Of a stretch of 64,000 nt of DNA, positions 58,475 to 64,000 are shown piece by piece (the first letter of the stretch is position 1; every line of letters starts with the position of its first letter). A model generated the notes under the pieces. That model saw only the letters and a program-made list of their open reading frames with translations. It made no database searches and was not told the DNA's origin. The stretch lies in the IMG/VR virus record IMGVR_UViG_3300025162_000016, positions 124,001 through 188,000 of that record; one strand, given 5' to 3'. Both the position numbers and the translations under genes were made by a program.

Positions 58475-59182
58475 ATGATGAACGATTCCCAGTTGGAACC
58501 TCGGGTTGTGCGACTCGAAACCGGACTTGATATTCTAACGAAGAATGTCAATGATATTGCTATTTCCATGCGAGAAAATGCAATAAATCTAGATAATAAA
58601 ATGGGGGAGTTGACGATTGCCATTACTACCGCCCAAGCTCCCAAAAAAACCGATTGGTCTTTGTTTGTTAGCATAGGTTTTTTTATTATGGCTCTTGCAT
58701 CTGCGGTTTTTTGGCCACTCAATCAACAAACTCAAAATAATAAAGAAACTATTGCCCAAGCCAATAATTCGATGGTTGAGCATATCAAGCTAGACATGCA
58801 TCCGGTTGGATTAGCATTGGTTAATCGGCTTGAAATGCAGATAAAAGAACATATTTCAACTAATGAACGGGAATTAAAAACTCATGTAGATCGAGATATT
58901 CTGGAAGCTGGCGAAACTCGAAAACATTTTCATGAAGAATTGGGATTTGTGCAATCGCTTATAGAAGCTAAAGTTGCAATGTTGGGAGTTGAATTGAAAG
59001 GGATTCAATCAAAAAATGAGTTATATTTCGATATGCTGGCTGGAAAACTCCTAAATCTTGAAGGCATAAGAACAAAGATAAATGATAGAGAATATGATGA
59101 ACTTATGCTATGGAAACAGAGATTAATTGGGGTCAATGTGCCAACTACGGGGAGTCCACTGCTTCCAAAAAGTAAAGAATAA
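58475..59182 (+). CDS. Membrane-anchored coiled-coil protein (XhlA/holin-like architecture, function uncertain)
   Basis: RVVRLETGLD coiled coil, one hydrophobic span WSLFVSIGFFIMALASAVFWPL, second coiled coil; TATTTATA at 58374. The true start is uncertain. Confidence 0.5.
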   Translation: MMNDSQLEPRVVRLETGLDILTKNVNDIAISMRENAINLDNKMGELTIAITTAQAPKKTDWSLFVSIGFFIMALASAVFWPLNQQTQNNKETIAQANNSMVEHIKLDMHPVGLALVNRLEMQIKEHISTNERELKTHVDRDILEAGETRKHFHEELGFVQSLIEAKVAMLGVELKGIQSKNELYFDMLAGKLLNLEGIRTKINDREYDELMLWKQRLIGVNVPTTGSPLLPKSKE

Positions 59183-59225
59183 TATTACTATTTTAGGGAA
59201 ATGAAGTGATATTTATAGTTATAAT

Positions 59226-59936
59226 ATGAACAAAACTATTTTTCAGAACATGGTTCGTCGAATTCTCAACGAAGAAATCTCTAAACGAGTGCCCGAAATG
59301 GACAATAATGGATTAAACGTTGATGCAAAAGATAAAGATAAGGTATTTCCATCTGACCCAAATTCCCGTGATGTTGATACTAAAGAAGAAATGCAGGATC
59401 AGCTTGCTAAAGCAGTGAAAGCAGTTGATAAGAGTTTCATTGTTGCATGGAATGATCATGATGATTTAACCATTAACGGCGGAGATATGTTATATGTTTG
59501 GATTACTCCGCTGTGGGAGGATAATTATAAAATAGTATATATGCCTCGTAATGAAGATCGTTATTTCTTTACCGGATTAAATTGGAAACAGGTTCTTGAT
59601 TTTGTTAAAAATAATTTATCTCAAAAAACACATACAGGTGTGGAAAAGGCTAGAGACAAATCGTGGAGAAATAGAGAAGATCAAATTCCAGCCACAGACA
59701 AGGGGTTAAACCAAAAAGATAAGCCGAAAACAATGTCTACGGATAAGCCGTTTTCTAAAGAAAAGAATAAAGATAAACGATATGTGGAAGATCAAGTGAC
59801 GAACGAAGATGATTTGCCAGATAAACCAATGAAAGAAGTTGAGAAATTTAAAAAACAAGATCAACATAAAGTAACCACTCCCGTAAAGTTGCGTAGACAT
59901 AAACCCAACACCAAATTGACCGTGAAACAAACCTAA
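59226..59936 (+). CDS. Hypothetical putative head/virion protein
   Basis: TATTTATA at 59210; N-terminal FQNMVRRILNEE helix; charged C-terminus. Confidence 0.6.
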   Translation: MNKTIFQNMVRRILNEEISKRVPEMDNNGLNVDAKDKDKVFPSDPNSRDVDTKEEMQDQLAKAVKAVDKSFIVAWNDHDDLTINGGDMLYVWITPLWEDNYKIVYMPRNEDRYFFTGLNWKQVLDFVKNNLSQKTHTGVEKARDKSWRNREDQIPATDKGLNQKDKPKTMSTDKPFSKEKNKDKRYVEDQVTNEDDLPDKPMKEVEKFKKQDQHKVTTPVKLRRHKPNTKLTVKQT

Positions 59937-59955
59937 TTTCGGTTAACCAGACCCG

Positions 59956-59988
59956 AAAAGCGCACCCGGTTGGTGCGCTTTTTTCTTT
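59956..59988 (+). terminator. Rho-independent terminator
   Basis: AAAAGCGCACC-loop-GGTGCGCTTTT plus T run. Confidence 0.85.
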
Positions 59989-59990
59989 GA

Positions 59991-60019
59991 TTGACAACTG
60001 TTCGTTTTTCTGCTAGGTT
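59991..60019 (+). promoter_or_regulatory. Sigma70-type promoter TTGACA-N17-TAGGTT (extended TG)
   Basis: Consensus -35, 17-bp spacer, TG at 60011-12; implies the AAA gene starts at ATG 60027 rather than TTG 59991. Confidence 0.7.
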
Positions 60020-60026
60020 ACATCAA

Positions 60027-60950
60027 ATGGAAACTAGTAAAATCTCGGAATTGCTTGTGCAAGCAAGCTCTTTGAAACCTCGGACCCTTATTATCAGTGA
60101 TTTAAAATGGAAATATTTATTGTGGGCGGTATATCGACGTAAAAATATTTTATTTGTAGGTCATACTCGGTGTGGCAAAACCAGTGTTGCTAGAGCCGCA
60201 GCAGAGGTGTTACAGTTGCCATTTTTCGTTTTCAATTGTGGTGGCGGGCAAGATGCTAGGGCGACATTGATAGGAAATACCGTATTTAAAAAAGATACTG
60301 GAACATTATTTTGTAAATCTCAATTTGTCGAAGCTATTCAAACGAAAAATGCTATTGTATTGCTAGATGAATTAACCAGAGGGAGTCATGATTTTTGGAA
60401 CATTCTTATTCCAACTCTTGATTCCACTCAACGGTATTTACGACTGGATGAGGATGAACACTCTCCTGTTATAAAAGTGGACGATAGTGTGTGTTTTATT
60501 GCAACTTCTAATATTGGGAGTGAATATACTTCTACAAGAACCTTAGATCGGGCAATGGCGGCACGGTTTCCAGTGAAGGTCGAAATGCTACCTTTGAACC
60601 GAGATGAACTTCTTCATTTGATAAAAATTTTGTATCCCGGTTTAACTATAGATAAAGGGTCTCCGACATGGAATATTTGTGACATTGCGCATAAGACCAT
60701 AACTGAATTAAAAAAAGATGAACCTCGGCTTTCTTGTTTTATTCCAACGGGAGCAGTTCTTGAAATGGCTCAGTTAATTGAAGATGGATTTACTCTTGCG
60801 GAAATAGCTGAAATGGCTATTTATCCGGATTACAGTGATGAGGGCGGAGTCGAATCGGAAAAAATATTTATAAAACAAATTATTGAGGGATATATTTCTA
60901 AGCCGGGAGCAAAAACACCACTCAATGATCCTACTAATAAAAATAAATGA
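60027..60950 (+). CDS. MoxR/CbbQ/CobS-type AAA+ ATPase
   Basis: Walker A GHTRCGKT, DARATLIG, Walker B LLDELTR, FIATSN, LDRAMAARF. Confidence 0.85.
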   Translation: METSKISELLVQASSLKPRTLIISDLKWKYLLWAVYRRKNILFVGHTRCGKTSVARAAAEVLQLPFFVFNCGGGQDARATLIGNTVFKKDTGTLFCKSQFVEAIQTKNAIVLLDELTRGSHDFWNILIPTLDSTQRYLRLDEDEHSPVIKVDDSVCFIATSNIGSEYTSTRTLDRAMAARFPVKVEMLPLNRDELLHLIKILYPGLTIDKGSPTWNICDIAHKTITELKKDEPRLSCFIPTGAVLEMAQLIEDGFTLAEIAEMAIYPDYSDEGGVESEKIFIKQIIEGYISKPGAKTPLNDPTNKNK

Positions 60951-63058
60951 GTGATAATCCAATTTATTCGGATTTTTGGTTAGAACAGGAAACCTATTCG
61001 AATTATATTGATACTAGTTCCGAAAATCCAGATGGTGCATTTTCAATTGATTTAATTCAATTGGCATCGGTTCGACGAATTATCTCGAATTACGTAGACA
61101 TTTTAACGGGGATAACTATTCCAGTTTATTTTAAGTCTGTTGGAGAAAGTTATAATATTGGTGGTAAAGAGATTTATATTACGACTGCAATTAAACGTCG
61201 CAAGGATTTCGATCAAGCGGTTGGGTTGGCTTTACATGAGGCGGCACACACGGTTCTTACTGATTTTGATTTGGCCAAAACTATTCCATTTAATACTCCA
61301 AAACTTATTTGGGATTTTTGCAAAAAGAATAATATTCGCCGGATAACGATGGAGCGATTTTTAAAAACGATGTTTAACATCGTGGAAGATTGGTACATCG
61401 ATGATTGGGTTATATCTCGGGTGCCAGGCTATATTGGATATTATGAGGAATCTTATAATGTTTGTTTTAATACCTCAGTTATTGATCAGCTTTTACTTAG
61501 CAATGATTATCGCCATCCTAGCCTTACCTCTTACGAATTTCGAATTGTTAATTTTACTAATCCTTTAACTGATTTGATGTCCTTGCCGGGACTTGAAGAT
61601 ATAGCAAAAACAATTAATATATCTTCGATTTCTCGGTTAACTAACACCTCACAACGCATTGCCGTATCGTTCAAGGTGGTTGAAATCGTGCTTAAAAATT
61701 TACAATTGTATCACGATAAGTCGATCCCAACACCGTCTCCCAGTTCTCAAAATAAGCGGATAGATGTCAATTCTTTCTTTAAAGATACTCGACCGAATGC
61801 AAATGAGAAGAAAAATAAAGAAAAAAGCGATTCAGATAGAACAATGCAAGATATTGCGAATGCATTGGCTCAACGCCCCAAAGATATTGATGATGAAAAC
61901 AAATCGGCAACATCTCAGACAAGTAAATCTGCGGATAAAGAACTTCCAAAAGAAGTTAAACAGTCCGTGGACAAACAAATTCATTACGTTCATGGAAATA
62001 CCTCTAAGCAGGAACTTGGCGATTTACAGAAAAAGATGTTGGATTTGATTGAAAAACACGGTATTGAACTCGTATATGTACCAGTAACAATGTCGGGGAA
62101 CGATGCTACACTTCGGATCGGCTGCGTAGTTGTAAAAAAACTTACTATGGAGTTGATTGAAGCCGGGAAGGAAGTTTTCCCCATGGTTAATGCTTGGAAA
62201 GATGGAGATGGCAATATTAGACCTGATAACGCAATGGCGGAGGCGGTGCAAAAAGGAATTTTGTTGGGAAATAAATTGGGTCGGAAACTGATTATTCGTA
62301 GAGAATCCAATCGAAATAAAGAAATTCGAAAACGTTATGGGAAAATTAATAAACGATTAATTTATTCGGCTGGATTTGATTCGGAAGATATTTTTGAGAA
62401 AATAAATATCTCTAAATATTCCAAAGGAAGTTTACATATTACCGTTGATGCCAGTACATCAATGGTCGGTAAAAAATGGAATGATACAATAACGATGTGT
62501 GTGGCTGTTTGTAAAGCAACCTCCATGGTGGATAACATTCATGTCACCGTTTCTTTTCGTGCCACTAAAACGGTTAGTGGAGTAGAGATGCCTTATGTAG
62601 TTCAGGCATATGATTCTCAAGTAGATAAATTTTCCAAAGTAAAAAATTTGTTTCAATATCTTTGTCCCTGTGGATGCACTCCGGAGGGGCTGGCTTTTCA
62701 TGCAATAATGAATTTGTTTACAAAGGCGGCACCCGATGAGGAAGATAGATATTTTCTTAATATCTCTGATGGCGAACCTTATTTTGCTATGAAATCTCCG
62801 TTAACAGGTCAAATTTTCAATTATGGGGATGAAAACGGAGTAGAACATACCAAAAATCAAGTAAATAAAATCCGTAGGCAAGGAATACATATACTTAGTT
62901 ATTATATTCAAGATGAAACATGTAATAGTTGGATCGGGGATGGTCATAACACCAAAAAGAACTTTCAACTCATGTATGGACGGGATGCTAGATTTTTAGA
63001 TATAAACAGTGTCACTGCATTAGCAACATCAATCAACGAACTTTTTTTGAAAGAGTAA
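60947..63058 (+). CDS. HExxH metallopeptidase-like + vWA domain protein (CobT-like partner of the AAA+ ATPase)
   Basis: GLALHEAAH, NIVEDWYID, MIDAS VDASTSM, TPEG, ISDGEP; ATGA overlap with the ATPase gene. Confidence 0.8.
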   Translation: MSDNPIYSDFWLEQETYSNYIDTSSENPDGAFSIDLIQLASVRRIISNYVDILTGITIPVYFKSVGESYNIGGKEIYITTAIKRRKDFDQAVGLALHEAAHTVLTDFDLAKTIPFNTPKLIWDFCKKNNIRRITMERFLKTMFNIVEDWYIDDWVISRVPGYIGYYEESYNVCFNTSVIDQLLLSNDYRHPSLTSYEFRIVNFTNPLTDLMSLPGLEDIAKTINISSISRLTNTSQRIAVSFKVVEIVLKNLQLYHDKSIPTPSPSSQNKRIDVNSFFKDTRPNANEKKNKEKSDSDRTMQDIANALAQRPKDIDDENKSATSQTSKSADKELPKEVKQSVDKQIHYVHGNTSKQELGDLQKKMLDLIEKHGIELVYVPVTMSGNDATLRIGCVVVKKLTMELIEAGKEVFPMVNAWKDGDGNIRPDNAMAEAVQKGILLGNKLGRKLIIRRESNRNKEIRKRYGKINKRLIYSAGFDSEDIFEKINISKYSKGSLHITVDASTSMVGKKWNDTITMCVAVCKATSMVDNIHVTVSFRATKTVSGVEMPYVVQAYDSQVDKFSKVKNLFQYLCPCGCTPEGLAFHAIMNLFTKAAPDEEDRYFLNISDGEPYFAMKSPLTGQIFNYGDENGVEHTKNQVNKIRRQGIHILSYYIQDETCNSWIGDGHNTKKNFQLMYGRDARFLDINSVTALATSINELFLKE

Positions 63059-63067
63059 AAAAAAGTG

Positions 63068-63096
63068 TTGACATTTTATAGGGTCTGTGATATTGT
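63068..63096 (+). promoter_or_regulatory. Sigma70-type promoter TTGACA-N17-TATTGT (extended TG)
   Basis: Consensus -35, 17-bp spacer, TG at 63088-89. Confidence 0.7.
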
Positions 63097-63125
63097 TAGT
63101 TTGATAATTATAAACCGTAAAAATT

Positions 63126-63491
63126 ATGAATAAAAATAAAGAAAGAAAAAACACGACAAGTCTTAATGTAAACTGGCCAAAGACGCCGTATTTTACAATT
63201 GAAGACGTATTTGCAGCAAATAAGAATGCAAAACCTATTACTTTACGAGTTCGCCTTACTAAGGAAATTGAAAATGGTAGAGCTGGGGAAATCGGTTATA
63301 TAACTGGCCTTCAAGGAAGACCTCGGAAGGTATTTGCGTTTACGCCTATTTCTCAGGTAATGTTAGATTCCACTAAATCACGGCAAATTATTTTGGTTGA
63401 AGAGAACCGTCTCGCTAAATTGAAAATTGCGCCGATGGTTGCTGCTTTTGTACCAAAACCGACGGTTAAATCGGAACTGTTGCCAGTATAA
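63126..63491 (+). CDS. Hypothetical basic protein (possible winged-helix DNA-binding)
   Basis: FTIEDVF...ITLRVRLTKEIENG...GRPRKVF pattern; follows a promoter. Confidence 0.55.
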   Translation: MNKNKERKNTTSLNVNWPKTPYFTIEDVFAANKNAKPITLRVRLTKEIENGRAGEIGYITGLQGRPRKVFAFTPISQVMLDSTKSRQIILVEENRLAKLKIAPMVAAFVPKPTVKSELLPV

Positions 63492-63521
63492 GAATTATTA
63501 TATCACCCCGCCATATACCAT

Positions 63522-63728
63522 ATGCCCGTTAAAAAAAGAAAAAATCCTAAAAAAGGAATGTCTATTCGGGTGTATGGTATATGGTCGAAGAAAAAAAATA
63601 AAATGATTTATACCAATCTATCAAAAGAAGATACTGAATTGGAATATGATATGGAAGGTTATAACGAATCTGCCCACATCATTGTTTGTTTGGATGCCCT
63701 ATATGATATTAGTAGTTTGGGACTTTAA
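63522..63728 (+). CDS. Small hypothetical protein (68 aa)
   Basis: ATG-started ORF with basic N-terminus. Confidence 0.5.
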   Translation: MPVKKRKNPKKGMSIRVYGIWSKKKNKMIYTNLSKEDTELEYDMEGYNESAHIIVCLDALYDISSLGL

Positions 63729-63978
63729 TATCAACCGCCTTGCCCGTAAGTGGAGTTCCAATTTTTTTTATCTCACCGTTCCCTTGCATGCGATAAACAT
63801 ATAAAGTAATTATTTTTTCTAAGTATGAGGAGCCATCGTTTTGATCTATGAGTGCGGAAAATAATTTTGGATTTTTAAAATTCCCTCGAACTGTTCCTTT
63901 TGATGCATAAATAATGGGATCTCCCCAATCGGAATCATATAATACTGCGTCCTTTCCAAGGAATACTAAATTAAACAT
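63709..63978 (-). CDS. Small hypothetical protein (89 aa), convergent
   Basis: ATG-started ORF of ordinary composition overlapping the previous stop by 20 nt. Confidence 0.5.
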   Translation of the reverse strand: MFNLVFLGKDAVLYDSDWGDPIIYASKGTVRGNFKNPKLFSALIDQNDGSSYLEKIITLYVYRMQGNGEIKKIGTPLTGKAVDIKVPNY

Positions 63979-64000
63979 AGTTCCATGAATGAAATCTTTT

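Noticed and set aside
59991-60026. TTG start of the AAA+ ATPase at 59991
   Set aside because: It coincides with the -35 box of a promoter; ATG 60027 fits better. ORF-track starts at 287, 31138, 42994, 45481 and 48672 were revised for similar reasons.
27700-60098. Self-targets of the putative guide (10-11 nt matches at 27700, 50164 and 60089)
   Set aside because: Short AT-rich matches are expected by chance in 64 kb, and two simply reflect the shared TATAGT -10 box.

Overview
AT-rich segment of a large contractile-tailed (myovirus-like, T4-superfamily-style) bacteriophage genome, standard genetic code, almost all on the + strand. In order: two giant repeat-rich tail-fibre-like genes (the first truncated by the window start) and an LRR protein; a tail module (sheath with an inserted carbohydrate-binding-like domain, tube, assembly chaperone with a probable programmed frameshift, tape measure, baseplate/LysM/hub) interspersed with four paralogous Hef-like free-standing endonuclease genes, putative head-packaged proteins (one carrying a Pol-beta-type nucleotidyltransferase), a HAD nucleotidase and a 13-bp GTAC-rich tandem array; a replication block (compact PolA, gp32-like SSB, RecA/UvsX with a P-loop mini-intein, 5'-3' exonuclease, DnaB/gp41 helicase, class II ribonucleotide reductase with four inteins); an IS607 element (TnpA serine recombinase + TnpB); and a MoxR-type AAA+/vWA pair. 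The most unusual signals are non-coding: (i) a ~176-bp structured element ending in an IS200/IS605-type right-end hairpin, sitting inside a sigma70 promoter and followed by a possible guide and terminator (candidate orphan TnpB omega/reRNA), (ii) several more orphan IS200/IS605-like hairpins in tail-module intergenic spaces, and (iii) DNA-identical GC-rich linkers separating variable modules of the second fibre. No tRNA, rRNA, CRISPR array or reverse transcriptase was seen. All assignments are from motif recognition by eye; no database searches were run.
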